Positions 39,715 to 52,751 of a DNA stretch of 64,000 nt are shown one piece after another. Within the stretch, counting starts at the first letter, position 1. The number at the start of each line of letters is the position of its first letter. Origin of the DNA: Camelus ferus (Eukaryota); assembly GCF_009834535.1 (NCBI RefSeq), contig NC_045696.1, positions 40,550,001 to 40,614,000 of the forward strand. Reading direction: 5' to 3'. The notes beneath the pieces are model-generated. The model saw only the letters and a program-made list of their open reading frames with translations. It was not told the DNA's origin and ran no database searches. Both the position numbers and the translations under genes were made by a program.

Positions 39715-41809
39715 TAAACATCTGATCCTTTCTTCCATCAGATAAATTATTGAAATATGTTACAAATCTAATAAAATTAGAAAGCATGTTAGGATATGAT
39801 CATAATTTTAAAAAATATCATTGTATAATTTCTTCAAATATTCTAGGTTCTGTATAAATATAAAAAAGATGAAGAAGAATTAGGTTACTTAATTTCTGTC
39901 TGGTTCTAATTCATTATAGAGGTTGCATCAATTCTCTGGACTTTCCTGAGCCTTGGTTTTCCACATGTAAAATTTCTTTTGCAGACTGATAAATTGAATT
40001 CAGTAATCCATAGATCAAAATGCTACAGCCCATAAAGAGGTTTTAGAGATGGAAGAAACAAAATTGGTTGTAATAAAGACACTTTATTTCTAACAGACTC
40101 CAAAGATAGAATAATAGTGAATCTCTGGAGAGCTACCAAATTAGCTCCCAGATGGTATGGAATAATTGTGTAGAGAACAATTAAAGGAAAAAATTGTACT
40201 AATACAATTTCTTTCAGAATTACCCAACAGTAAGATTATGAGCATGGTTTTCTGGCTGAGAGCTCAGGTTCATTCGTTGTGGTTGAAATAAGATGCAGAT
40301 CACCCCCAGGAAGTATAAGGGAATGGTGTTGAGGGTGCATGTCTGTTAGTCTCACAGAAAGAAATGTTGGAATTATGCCTAGTTCTTTCTTTGACCTTCT
40401 TTTCCTGCCTCCCTCCTTCCTTCATACATTAATTGTCTACAGTGTGTACAGCATCATGCCTCTTGATGTTATACTGATGGGCTCCACCATGACCTGGGCT
40501 AAATTCAACTTTGGAAAAATAGTGGTATTCCAGAGAGGGAAGTAGTTCTTTTCAAACAAACAAACAGAAGCATTGAGGGATTCTGTGTGTTTTACTAGCT
40601 AGATTCATCACTTTGGCACACCTGGTTTTAGTTATACCTATCAACAAGGTAATGAGGTAGGTTTTAGGACCCCCATTTTAAAGATGAGGAAACTAAGGCC
40701 CAGAAAAGATCAGTGGCAGAAATTGGATGATGATAATAATAATAGAAATGTCAATCCAAAGACTAACTCCCAGCCGGCCCTTTCTCCACAGCTGCTCCTC
40801 AATTACAGTTATGCAGCCTAGGTATTTGAGGTTTTGAACACTTGAGTTGCAGCATTTCTGGTGAGGAATAAAAAAACCCATGAGGCTGCCCAAGGTTACA
40901 GTGTGAAATGAGATAGCCTCTCCTTTTCTCTCATCTCCTGCAAGTCTTACCCAAATCATTCTTGAGCCCCTTACTCTGTTGGTCCCTCTCTGTCATTTTA
41001 TCTGTCTCCTGATCATTACCTTGCCCTCTGGGGTGGGGGAGTTGGAGTACTGGGATGGGGGTGGGGAGGATCACTTACATTTAGGGCTATTGTTCATGCT
41101 TCCTTTCTGATGATGTAGTAGTTTCTGTTACTCATTTTATGTTTACTTACTGTCTGGATCCATGTCAATTTATGTGCCCTTGGCTCTGAACCACGATTTA
41201 TATATTTTTGTGTTGTTAATATTTTTAATTGGTGTTTTTAAAGTAGATGTACTCTGCGTGTTTGGCAGACCAACAAAGTGGAACGTAAGAAGAGTCGATT
41301 TTTTTAAAGTAACCATATAAGGTGAAAAGTCTCTTTGTGTGGGTGCGTGTGTGCGTGTGTGCAGATTGCAGGTTTTATCGGGCACAATATTCGTTAATAT
41401 TTATTGTAACAGTTTATAGTGTAGCCCCTTGAGTCCCTCTGGAGTATGTACAGCTCAAATGACGTAACCTTGGAAAATGCAATAAATCTAAGTTGAAACC
41501 ACTTCTAATGGGAAGTTTCTTGAAAGTTGTAAAGTTAAATTGCCTCCTCCAGGATGAGGGAAGTAGTGTGGAGAATGCCCCAGGGGACCTGGCTTTGCCC
41601 CTTGCTGGTCTTGTCCCCTGTGTTGGAATGCTGAGTTTGGGGTTGGATTACTTTGTTTTATTTAAAATTCTCTGTTCCTTTGCCCCAGTGCTCCACGTTG
41701 TGGCAGGTCTAAGGTGACATTAATATGTAACCTTTGATCTTCTCGTTTATGTATTTAGGGTGACTCTTATCCTACACATGCATGCCCAGGTCCCCAAAGT
41801 AGAATTTTA

Positions 41810-42120
41810 TGAGTCAGAATCTTAACTTTGCAAGGAGACTAGGTATCACCCTGTTCATTTTTGCCTGCTCCTGTATGAACCTTCCCAGCTATATGCAGCT
41901 AAATACTGACCAGAATATTTCATGCTCTGCATTTTAGAAAGTTCTTCATTGTATTGTTTTGAAATGTGGCTCCCCAGAGCCTACACCGTTGGTCCTGGTG
42001 TCTCTTTCTGAAGCTACATAGAATAAACATTCTTCTCCTTCTGTGATATTTGTAGATGTTTGAAGGCAATGACAGTGATCTTGCCCTTTCCCCTTTTTAG
42101 GTGTCAAACATCCCTAGGTC
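41810..42120 (-). mobile_element. CR1/L3 LINE 3' fragment
   Basis: ttagaaagttcttcattgtattg...ccgttggtcctggtgtctctttctgaagctacatagaataa...gatgtttgaaggcaatga. Confidence 0.6.
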
Positions 42121-42139
42121 TGTGAAACTACTATGTTAT

Positions 42140-42590
42140 AGTTCATTTGTCCATTTATAGAGTACAAACTATGCATATGTTAAACTGAGTTAGAAATTAG
42201 GGAAGCAGTAAGGATAAAGTAGGCTGTGATCCCTGCCCTCAGGGAACTTCTGGTCTAATTAAAAATAGATTGACAAGGGCTGTACGAGGGGCACCAAAGT
42301 CAGCCTTGGTGATTGGAGATTGAGGTTGTCAAGGAAAGTTTTCTGGAGACACACAAGGTAACTGAAGTCCAGAAGAGTACCGTGAGTTACCCAAGGGAGC
42401 AGGGTGAATGAGGTGAGGAGGGTGTCCCAGGTAGAGGGACCAGCATGCTTGAAAGGCTGAAGGTGAGAGAGTGCATGGGGAGTTCAGGGAAGTGAGGGTG
42501 GTTCAGTCCAGGTGAGGCTCTAACTGGGGAGGTGGGGATAAAGATGCAGCTGCGCTGGAGTGGAAAACAGGGCTGACAAGTGGTGGGCTG
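42140..42590 (-). mobile_element. L2 fragment
   Basis: gatccctgccctcagggaacttctggtcta...gtgtcccaggtagagggaccagcatgcttgaaaggctgaaggtgagagag. Confidence 0.7.
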
Positions 42591-42929
42591 GGGAGATGGG
42601 GTCCGGCATTACAGGAGAGAAGAGAATCATGGGTAGTCCTGATCAGGAAGGATATTTATTGTTCTCTTGGTTACACAATAACTATGAGAAGCATAATAGG
42701 TTCTGTATGAGGTCATACAGGTTTGGAAATATTTTGCGGATTATGTTTTGTTGTTCGAGAAAGAATGTAGTTAGTCATTAGGATTAGACAGATATGGCTC
42801 GTTCAGTAGCAAGACCATTACTCTATCAACAGTATATTTGGAGAAATAAGAGGGAAAAAGAGGTAATATAGTTTTAACATTCTTATGACTGTTAGAGGAT
42901 TTGGGTGACTTTTTATACATAGGACAATA

Positions 42930-43110
42930 GTAATAATAATAACAAACACTTATATAGCACTAAGGGCTTGGCCTTGTTACACCAACAAATTTAATGCCCA
43001 CATTAACTCTATGAGGTAGGTATTATCCCCAAATATAGAGAGTTTAAGTAACTTACCAGAGGTTATTAAGAAAGCTAAGTGGCAGAGCTAGGATTTGATT
43101 CCAGGCCCTA
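42930..43110 (-). mobile_element. MIR SINE
   Basis: aacacttatatagcact...ctatgaggtaggtattatcccc...ttaagtaactt...gtggcagagctaggatttga. Confidence 0.75.
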
Positions 43111-46100
43111 AGAACATGTGGGGAAAGATTTAAGTTATAAAGCTAATGCACTGAGTCTGCAAAATTAAAAACATCTTTAGAAATGGCTCCTGCCTGCTGT
43201 TGATGGTCACAACCACACACTCACTGGTGTGGTCATGACCAGCATAAATAAAGCAAGTATTCATAACTCCACATTTCATACCTTACCCACAGGCATTACT
43301 GTATGGAGGAGACTACTCTCCTGATGGCTTTCAGGAGTTGGCCTGGGTTTTACTAGCAGTTGTGGCTGCCTGCAACCTCAGCTGATCTCCCTCCCACCAC
43401 TTTCAAAGAGGGTATAGCCTGCCCAGAGAGGGTAGGATAATTAAGGTAACAGTAAACCAGAGAAGGTTTGAAATACCCTTAATTCTAGGGAAACAGAATT
43501 ACCTAGCTGTGTTGCCAGTCCAGTTAATGCTGGTAAGTATGAATGTACAGTTGCCCCGGTTTTCAAACATGTGTGATTTTCTGCTAAGATTGATTGATCT
43601 CGTGTTGAGTGTGTGAAGATAAGTGTTTCTTGGGGATAGAAGGGATGAAGATAGGTAAGAGAGAGGTTGAAGTGATGATGCATCAAGCCCATGTTGGATA
43701 GGAAAAGAAGTAAGAGTAGGAAAGGGCTGAAGCATAAGATCTGGTGGAGGAATAAAGGAATGAGGGTCTCTGTGGGCACAAAAAGAAGTGAGGTGGGAGG
43801 AACTACTTGAAAGGATTAGAAAAAGAAAAATAGTAAAGAATGTTGAGTGAGTGGGATGTTTACATTTTTTTCAGAGGAGGATTCTTAGCACTTACTCTTG
43901 CCTTGGTCAGTGGTATCTGAATAAATATCAGTTTGTTAATAACTTAATTAAAATGTGTCATAATTAAAATGTTAAATAGGCCAGACTAGAGCTCCTAGGT
44001 ACAACCAAGGTGAAGCTGATCTTTTAAGTGCACGTGAGTTTATAATCTTAGAGCACATGTTTGAATATTTGAACACAATGATTAATCTGTTGCATGACTA
44101 AATAAAATCAGAGGTCATAGAGTAGTCTGTGATGCAGATTTACTCTATAGATTTATATGCCCAGTTGGAAGTGCCGTTGAGGTATAAGCAATGATAATTT
44201 TCAGGCCTCCAAACCCATTACAGTTCAATTAGATTTTATATTTACTCACTTTTTATCTTCAATAATGATCTTATCTCCAGCTGGATTACAGTTTCCTTGA
44301 GATTAGAGGCAGTGTCTCTTTCCTGTAAGTTTCCCCTACAGCACCCAGCCCAGTATGAGGCCAATGGTGCTCACAATTACAGGGATCTAGGCCAATCACC
44401 TTATGTTACAGCTGAGGGAGTCGAGGTCCTGACAGGTAACGTGATCTGCCAAGAGTTCAGGGCTAGATAGTGAGGGAGCCTGAACCACAACCCAAGTTTT
44501 ATTCCCACCTCTGCTCTGCACCCTGTTGTGCTGACACAGCTCAGTGAATCAAGTTCTTGCAGTCATCTGTGTTTGTGTCAGACACCCAAAGGAAGTTGAT
44601 GTTCCTTAAGCTAGTGCTTCTCTGCCTGTATTTCCCAATATGGCTCACAGAGAAAATGGTATTGTTTATTTAGGACATTAGGGTAAACAGCGGAAGCTTT
44701 TGGAGGGCAACTGAAGCAAGGAATCCCTGAGGGCACCGACTGGCCTGGGCGCTGCCAGGCTTCCCGAGGGAATCATGTCTTCATATACTTTTCATCTACT
44801 GAGTTTCCAGCAGCAGTTGGAAAACACTTCCCTAAGTTAACGTTAGATCCCTCGGACACCAGTCCCATCATGCGCAAACACGATAGCTTCTCAGGCTTTA
44901 AAAGACTTTGAGTGTGAAAACTGTTCTTCAAACAGAAAAGAGGCATGACTCTTTCCATTGTATTTATTGGAGCACTTAATATATTTAGAAAAATCTGTCA
45001 TATCTATAGATAAATTGTAGTAAATTATAAATTTATAAAATTCATTTGTGAGTAAATGTATTTTCTGTAAATGCTTTGAAAGATTACATTGGTCCAGGAG
45101 AAAGTGTTTTCTGAAGAAATTTAAATCCTACTATCCAAATATATCATTTAGTCTCCACCATGAGATAAAGGATATAAGCTTAAATTGTACAACAAATACA
45201 TCAGTCAGATACTTTTCTTTTGAGGCTCAGCAGTTCATGACCTTTTTTCTTGTGTTCTTCATGTTTGGGGGAGCTTTATAATTTTTTATCAAGGAGGAAA
45301 GGTAGGAATACATGTGTTCTGTGGATATAGCACCATGTTCTCTGAAAGTCATGACTGATTTTCCAGATCTTTAGAATTGAGATAAATAATAAATTTGTAA
45401 CTCAGAGTTTCTCTCACATACTTTTCTGGATACGTTTATGTTTTAACAGAGAAGTGGATATTATAGGGAACACCTTTTCACAATATCTCTTACAACAGCT
45501 AAATAAAGTCTTCACAATTTACAGGTAAGTAAGCCCTTAGAGAAATTGTTTCTTATCTCAAAAGTAGATTGGAAGGGCACCTAAGCAGGCTGCATAGCCT
45601 GAGGTTAGGAGCTCGAAAGGGCTGGGAGTTGAGATGGTCAGCCCTGCACAGATCTCTAGGAGTGAAGTAGGCTCCCCGACCAGTGGCCCCTCCTTCCTGC
45701 ACCTCCCATCCTATCTAGCCTGAAAATCTGCAGATACCAAGAATACTATAAAGCTTGAACATGCCATTTAAATGTGGTGGCATCTTAAACCAAACTGTAA
45801 ATATAGAGAGAAGGGCTTGAATTAACAGTAATAATAGTAGCCCCATTTACTGAATGTGTATAAAGTTAATAGTGATCAGCAAACGCAGTCTGTTAGACTT
45901 TCAGCACTGAGATGTGAGATCACTCTTTCTGCTGGAGGGTGGTTTAAGTTACTGAGGGTCATTGGAGGCAGAGAAGACGGCAAAGTGAGGGGCATAATAA
46001 ACCTGGAATAGTTGTTTCTGATCCTGGTCTGAGGTAGGAAGGAGAGAGGACAACAGCGAGTGAAACGAGGCACAGCTTTTTAATAAACATGGATCTGGAC

Positions 46101-46136
46101 CCCTACCCTTGCCCTTGGCATTCCTAGGGTGTGAGT

Positions 46137-46494
46137 CCAGTGATACGTTGCAGCTGGTCCATACTGGCTCATGACTACTAAATTCTTAAGAACTATGTGA
46201 GTTGTTTGTTAAACAGTCGTTATTAAAAATTAAATTATTTTAATTGCAAGTAAGTAGACAGTTCTTGAAAACAGGGATAATAAGTGCTCAAAGCTCATCA
46301 CTTCCTAATTTACTACATTGTGCTCTTGTTATTTATGCTTGTTCTCTTCCTAGCTCCGTATTCTGTGATGTCATGTGGGTAGCTTGAAATCAGCCATCAT
46401 GGGAATATATGAACCATGGAAATTGGCAAATGCAACAAATTAGGATTTTTTTCCCTGAAAGCCAGTTGTTAACCATTTACCAGCACACCAGTGG
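46137..46494 (+). mobile_element. MER63-like hAT-Blackjack DNA transposon
   Basis: Imperfect inverted ends ccagtgatacgttg...cagcacaccagtgg; internal ctcatcacttcctaat, gtagcttgaaatcagccat, ggaaattggcaaatgc, gccagttgttaaccatttaccagcacacca. Confidence 0.8.
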
Positions 46495-46630
46495 ATGTTA
46501 CGATTATGTGCCAGCCAGTGGGAATGAGGGATGTGGTATTTATCCCAGTGAAACCAAATTTGTTGTCTCTAGGTTACGTATCTTCATCTTACACTGTGCT
46601 GCCTACCTGGACTGAGGTTAAAAAGGCAAA

Positions 46631-46820
46631 CATAGGTAAGCAACAAGTTTCTTCTGTATAGCACAGGGAACTATATTCAATATGTTGCAGTAACCTATAA
46701 TGAAAAAGAATGTGAAAACAAATATATGTATGTATATGTATGACTGAAACATTATGCTGTACGCCAGAAATTGACACTTAGTAAACTGACTATACTTCAA
46801 TTAAAATACATTTTTTTCTT
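46631..46820 (+). mobile_element. 5'-truncated L1 3' end with TSD
   Basis: ctgtatagcacagggaactatattcaata...gtaaactgactatacttcaattaaaa; TSD AAAAGGCAAA at 46621-46630 and 46821-46830 at a TT/AAAA site. Confidence 0.88.
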
Positions 46821-48629
46821 AAAAGGCAAATAAAATGAAGGCCTAATGACTTTTCAAGTTCCTTCCTCTCTGTTTCAATTGCATACACATATGCCTAATG
46901 GCAATTAAAACTATTATCTCAGTGAATTACGATAGTTTACATTTCTATGCACCTTCGTATCTCCAGTGCACACTATACATTCAGTCCTTAATAACTTATA
47001 AGTGATGTGTTATCCCTTTTCCCAGAATCTGAACATGTCATTGATCAGCTGTAGCACTTTCACAGATTTCTCTCCTCAAATACAGGAAACAAGTTACTGG
47101 TTTTTTGTTGTTTTTGTTGTGTATTACCAAGAAAAGTATTGTTCCCCTCATCTTCTTTATCTTCTTCACTTTCTTATTCTCTCTTTCCTTCTCCTTCTCA
47201 ACCTAAGGCCTGCATCCTTCCAGCTAACAGTGACTTTTTTGGCTATGTAAAGTTTTAGAACATGGAACTAGATACAATTCAGTCTAGCAGATTTCTACTT
47301 CTCCATAAATGCTTGCTGTTGTGCAGAGCCCATCAAAATAGTTTGGAGACTTAGAATCGTCCTAATAAATGTGTTGTATCAGTTTTGAAAAACTATTTGA
47401 AGAGTGGGATCTCTGTTTCATACGGGCCTCCTGTATAAAATGAAACTGAAGAGAATGAATCAGTGGAGCATACCATACTGGACGACAGAGCGATTTACTC
47501 AAACTGAATTAACTCAAGCTGGCAGAGCTCTGAGCTGCCTTGATTGGGAGCCCTGGATAGAAGTTAGATGGAGTACACCTGACAAACCCTCTATACTACC
47601 TCGGATGTTACACAGCTGGGAGGTTGGATGTCTGCTAGGTGACCATTGCATTCTCTTTTGGTTCCCTTTTGAGAAAGAAAAATTGGTAAAAGGGAAAAAG
47701 AGATGGGGCAAGAACAGTCCAAAAAAGAAGGATAAAGTTCTTAGACTCTCTTCACACCCTATGAAACACTTTTTGAAATGCTTGGATTAGGTCTGGAAAT
47801 GACTATAAGCACAGGACTCTTGGAGTATGTTCTTGGCTCTTATCACTACCTTTGACTCTGAGCAGGTCAGCGGACTCTTCCACCTGTAAAATAATATTCC
47901 CTCTGACATTAATACTTACCTCATGAGGCTATCTAGAGGAGAATTTTAGTAATAATTTCTTGTGCTTACATCATTCCTTTGACAGAGAGCTCAAGCATTT
48001 TACTTATAGAGTGAAGCTTCTTGTGAGAAATGAATATAAGTGTTCATTTTTTAGAAATGAACTTAAGCCATTAGAGCCTGAATTTAATGCATTGCAGGGG
48101 GACATATGGTACATAGTGATCCAGTGGTCAAATGAATGTTTTATTCCACTAAGAGTTCCATCTTTGCTCCTTCTTTTGGAATTGAAGAGATACAGTGAGT
48201 CTGTATACATGGATGGAAGATTCCATATATGTGATCAGTGTGGTCTCTTGGGACTTATCCAGAGCTTGAAGAGCGGTTAGAACATCTTTGATAACACTCT
48301 TGGACCTTGGTTGTGACAGAAAGACACCTGAGATATCTTATTCCTGGATTATACAATGCCACTAAAAGATTCCAGAGATAGACGATGTAATATGGGAGTG
48401 TTTTCTCTGTTCATTTCAGCTCATTTCAACCACAGTTGCTTGAGTGCCCATCATATACATAATTTTGAGGAGTGTAGAGAATGAAAGAGGCATAGCATGC
48501 TCAAGAAGGTTAAACTGGCATTAACAAGGAGAGGGGAATGAGATTTACAAGTCGTACTGGGGAGAGTTAGAAAAGCACCACGGTATTTTGGGTGTTTGAA
48601 AAGGGGAAAGATTATACTTAGCTGAGTAA

Positions 48630-50560
48630 TCACAAACGCTTATTACCTACGTGCCAAGCAGTCTTGTTTATTGGAGAGAGATAATTCCTGCCCTAGAGAT
48701 CCAATGGTGAAGATATGCACAAATACATAGTTTTAGCACATCCTAGCCCATACAGTGATCAAGGACAGTTAGCCCAGGTTGCAAATTTAGAGAAGGCTTC
48801 TTGGAGGGCAAGACTCCTCTTAAAGCCTTAAAAATTTAAAAGACCATGGGATAGGAATTCCACTAGTGGAAGATTAACATGTTCAAAGGCCCGCAGCGTT
48901 TAGTCTTCTTTCATCAGAAAATGGCAGGCTACAGAAAGTTTGGTATTATTATGGCCTAAAAGTTAATTGGAAGTAGTAGTGAGAAGCATGGCTTATGATA
49001 AAGGACCTATCTTGCTATCTTGTTTACTATTAGTATGAATACTAGTGTGAAGTGTGGGTCATCAGTAAGTATTTTTTGAAAAACTGAATGAACAATAAAT
49101 TGGGTTTAAGCCCCTGAGGGCTATCCAAGTAAATAAATGTGGGAGGCATTTGGAGAGAGTCTGGACTGGAAATACAGATTTAGAAGTCACCCATTATCAA
49201 TGATATTTAAAATTAAGAGCAAATGCATTTGCACAAGTGGAGTATGTAGAGTGAGCAGAGTAAAGTACCAATGGAGAAGCCTTGACGAATACAAACATTC
49301 AAGGCCAAATAAAAGAAGAGGAATCCATGAGGGAGACTGAAAAAGGAAAAACAGAGAAAACAGAGATTTGATACATGTCCATTGGGAAGGCATTATTGAG
49401 TTCACTGGTGGGCTCATGAGAGAAGTTTTCAGTGCAATGGCCAGGGCAGAAGTCAGATTGTGGTTTGTTGCAAGGTAAATGGGAAGGGTTGAGAGAATTG
49501 AGTGAGCACAGACTTCTCTTTCAAATCACTAGAAGAAAAAGAAGGGGATGGTTCACTAGGGGGCAACCCAGGTTCAAGAAGGGGGAAAAAATTAACTTTA
49601 ATATGATGAAAGATTTAAATAGGCTCTGGGCTTAGGGAAAAAAAACTGAATAGTCAGTGAGAGGTTGAAGATTTAGGAAATAAAGGGGATAATTGATAGA
49701 ACAAGATCCTAGGAGAGATGAAAGAAGATTTGGGGCCATGTGTGGAGGGGCAGAGCCTTGAACCAGAGGAGGAATACCTTATCTTCTGAACAGGAAGAAA
49801 TAGTATAAGTATAGGTCCAGAGATATCTAGGAAGGGGAAGGGGAAGGGGATGATGTTCAGATAATGTATGTGTAATTGTCTCATTGAAGTAGAAGATGAT
49901 GTCATCTGCTGAGAGGGATGTGACTTTGGTTGGAGTCTTGAGCATATCAACAGTTCTGAAACATTGCAGAGTAAAATGAAAGCAAGCTAAGTGAGAGACT
50001 GAACAGAGATCTGAAAGCTGATTTTCTCCATTTGTGCTCAACAGCTAGAGCATGAAATGTAGAAAGTATATTTTTGAATTAATCCTGTATTGATGTTTTT
50101 GTTAGACAAGTGAAGCAGGAGGTCCAAAGTAGTTGATGATATTGGTGAGAGAAAGGCTTGGGTGATGAGCCATGCTATCTCAGCTGAATAGAGTAGTGAG
50201 GCCAGGAGAGAGGTCAAGAAACTATAGTTCTCCTGGGACTGAAAAAGAGAGGTAGTGAAAGCAAAGGCAGGAGGGGATTGGAAGGATCGGAGACGGGGGT
50301 TGTCTTTGGATTTGGCATGGGAAGCAGACCCACTTGACGCTTAATTCCAGAGTCGGACCTTGTTGTGTGTGACCCTGGAGGTGAAGAAGGTGAGGAATTG
50401 GATAGATTGTCTGTGTGGGTACTGAAGTCATCCAGGATGGTGATACAACAAGGGATGTGTTAAAGATTGTAGCCAAGTGCCCTAGTCTTGTTTTAAAGGA
50501 ACCAGGAAGATTAGTAGGAGGATATCAATGAGAAAAGACCATTGGGCAATATAAACCTCA
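48630..50560 (-). mobile_element. Long degenerate L2 LINE
   Basis: Purine-rich antisense L2 (ggactggaaatacagatttagaagtcacc, gttttcagtgcaatggccagggcagaagtcagattg, gatgatgtcatctgctgagag). Confidence 0.65.
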
Positions 50561-50599
50561 ACAAATGGTTTAGAAGTATCTATGAGAAGAAAAAATAAT

Positions 50600-50895
50600 A
50601 ACACTTTTTGGATGTGTGCTACTCATTAGGCACTGTTTTAAATATTTGGTTGAATCATGTGAACTTGCTGATATTTGAGCATTTTGATCTATAAAAATGG
50701 TAATTTCATACTGTTCAGCCTCATACTGTGTATGTATTAACTCATTCATTTTCACCACCTTCTGAAGTAGGTGACCATTTAGCAGCTAAGCACATTTAAT
50801 AGGACCACAAGAATAATAAGTGACTTGCCCACAGTCATCTGATAAGTAGTAGAGCCCAGTTTCAGACCTTGGCAATCTGGCTCCAGAACCTACAG
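50600..50895 (-). mobile_element. MIR SINE (interrupted)
   Basis: attaactcattcattttcaccacc...aagtgacttgcccacagtca...ggcaatctggctccaga. Confidence 0.65.
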
Positions 50896-51433
50896 TCTAT
50901 CTTTGAGTAGGAAATGTTCACCCTACCTCCACTGCCCTTTAAGCCTTAGCAGTGTATGAGGTGTGTGAGACTGAACTCCTCTCCAGTGTAATAAACTGAG
51001 ATAAATGCCATAAAGAAAGTGAATGTGGTTCTCTGGTCACTCATACCAACATGTTCTTACTTCCCCACCCTTTCTATTGTATTCTCTTTCATTCCCAAAC
51101 TTCTTAATGGCAGAATACTTTCTCTACTTCCTTGTCTAACTGAAACTTAATGTGTCCCTGGTTTCCTTGTAGGATTTCACAAGTAGGCAAGCAAGGAAGG
51201 GAATTCTAGACATTGCGTGTACAGTGTAACAGGAGTTTGAGAAGGAGCAATGGATACAGTTCATTCAGAAAATGGCAAGACATTCTGTATATGGACCATC
51301 AGTCCGGGTAGTGGGAGAGATAGAGTGTGTAAGGGAGAGCAATAGAGGTTAAATCAGAAGCTGATATGGGTCCTTCATGTTGTAGCCAGCCATTGAAAGA
51401 TTTTAAGGAACAAAATGCCATGAACAAATTATA

Positions 51434-51665
51434 CAGGTGACCCTTGAACAACGGGTTTAAACTGCATGAGTCCAGTTACTCATGAATTTTTCCCAATAGT
51501 AAATATTACAGTATTACTTGATCTGCAGTTGGTTGAATTTGAAGTTGCAGAACTGTGGATACAGAGGAACTGCAGATACGGAGGGCTGACTGTAAGTTAT
51601 ATGCAAATTTTCAACTATGGGGGGAGTTAGTGCCCCTAACACCCACATTATTCAAAGATCAGCTG
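51434..51665 (+). mobile_element. MER8-like TcMar-Tigger MITE inserted in an L2
   Basis: TA-flanked; TIRs CAGGTGACCCTTGAACAAC...ATTATTCAAAGATCAGCTG; internal gatacggagggctgactgtaagttata. Antisense L2 on both sides (about 51180-52030). Confidence 0.85.
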
Positions 51666-52310
51666 TAGATAAATGACTATAAGGATGCAATTAAAGATAG
51701 GAAAAACTAGAGGCAGGAAGATGACTTAGGAAGCTGCTGTAATCATCCATGTGAAGATATAGGGCTTGGAAATGGTCCTAGCTATGTAACTGAAGAGGAC
51801 AGGGTGTATTCACGAGATATTTAATAGTAAAAATTGTCAGGTTTTGGTGTCTAAGAGAGTGTGAGTTGATGGAATCAGCACCTGAGATCATCTTGCAAGA
51901 AAAAAAAAATTGATTTGGAAGGAATCCTCTTTTCTACATGTTGAATGTGAGATGTCTGTAGAATCCAGGTAGAAATACAGGTCTGGGATTCAGGAAGTAG
52001 GTTCACAGGAGATACAAATGAAGATATGTTAGCATACCTTGATTTCTCTGAGACTCACTTCCAAAATTGCTACTTCCCTCATCAGTATCTGTCCTGTGGC
52101 CACTCTTTGATTTAAGTTAGTGCTAGAGTGTGGGGACAGGGACTTGAATGGACTATAGTTTTGGGTTAGGTGCCTTCATCAGGGCCTCACCCTGTGGAAT
52201 CACGGGAAGATCTGGGGTAGGGTCTACGGCATCCATAACTCTCCAACTACTGAGAGTAGCCCTCTCCCTGCAACGTCATTTCTATAAAAGAGGGTAGAGT
52301 AGCTTCCTAA

Positions 52311-52751
52311 TGTCTATTGAAAGAAAAACAACATGAGATTTTTTAGTTTAAGTTTTATTCAGGTTCTTACTGAGGACTATAGCCCAGAGAACAGCCTCTC
52401 AGTAGCTCTGAGGAACTCCTCCAAAGAGGTGGGTGAAGGGAATATTTTCGGCTGGGAAAAACATGTAGTCAAGCATACATCTTGGTAAAAGATTACTGCT
52501 CATCACAAAGAACAGACATCTGACATTAATGATTTTAGTGCTTTTCTTTGTGTGGGAAGATACAAGAATCTCAGGTCACTGAAATTCTTCCTGAGATAGG
52601 CAGCTTAACTATCTAAAGGTCTTTTATCTATAGCACAAAATGCCTCAACTGGTTTTTTCCACCCTGAATTCCCTCTAGGGCACAGTGGGTTGTGATTTAA
52701 CCCTTCATATATCTGGATGATAAGCAACACTCTTTGTTCCTTTTTTTCACA
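52311..52751 (-). mobile_element. ERV1 solo LTR (MER41-like, laurasiatherian type)
   Basis: TG...CA ends with 4-bp near-TSD ctaa / ctag; motifs cttactgaggactatagccc, cagcctctcagtagctctgagg, aaaagattactg, gattttagtgcttttct; AATAAA on the minus strand near 52355. Confidence 0.75.
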
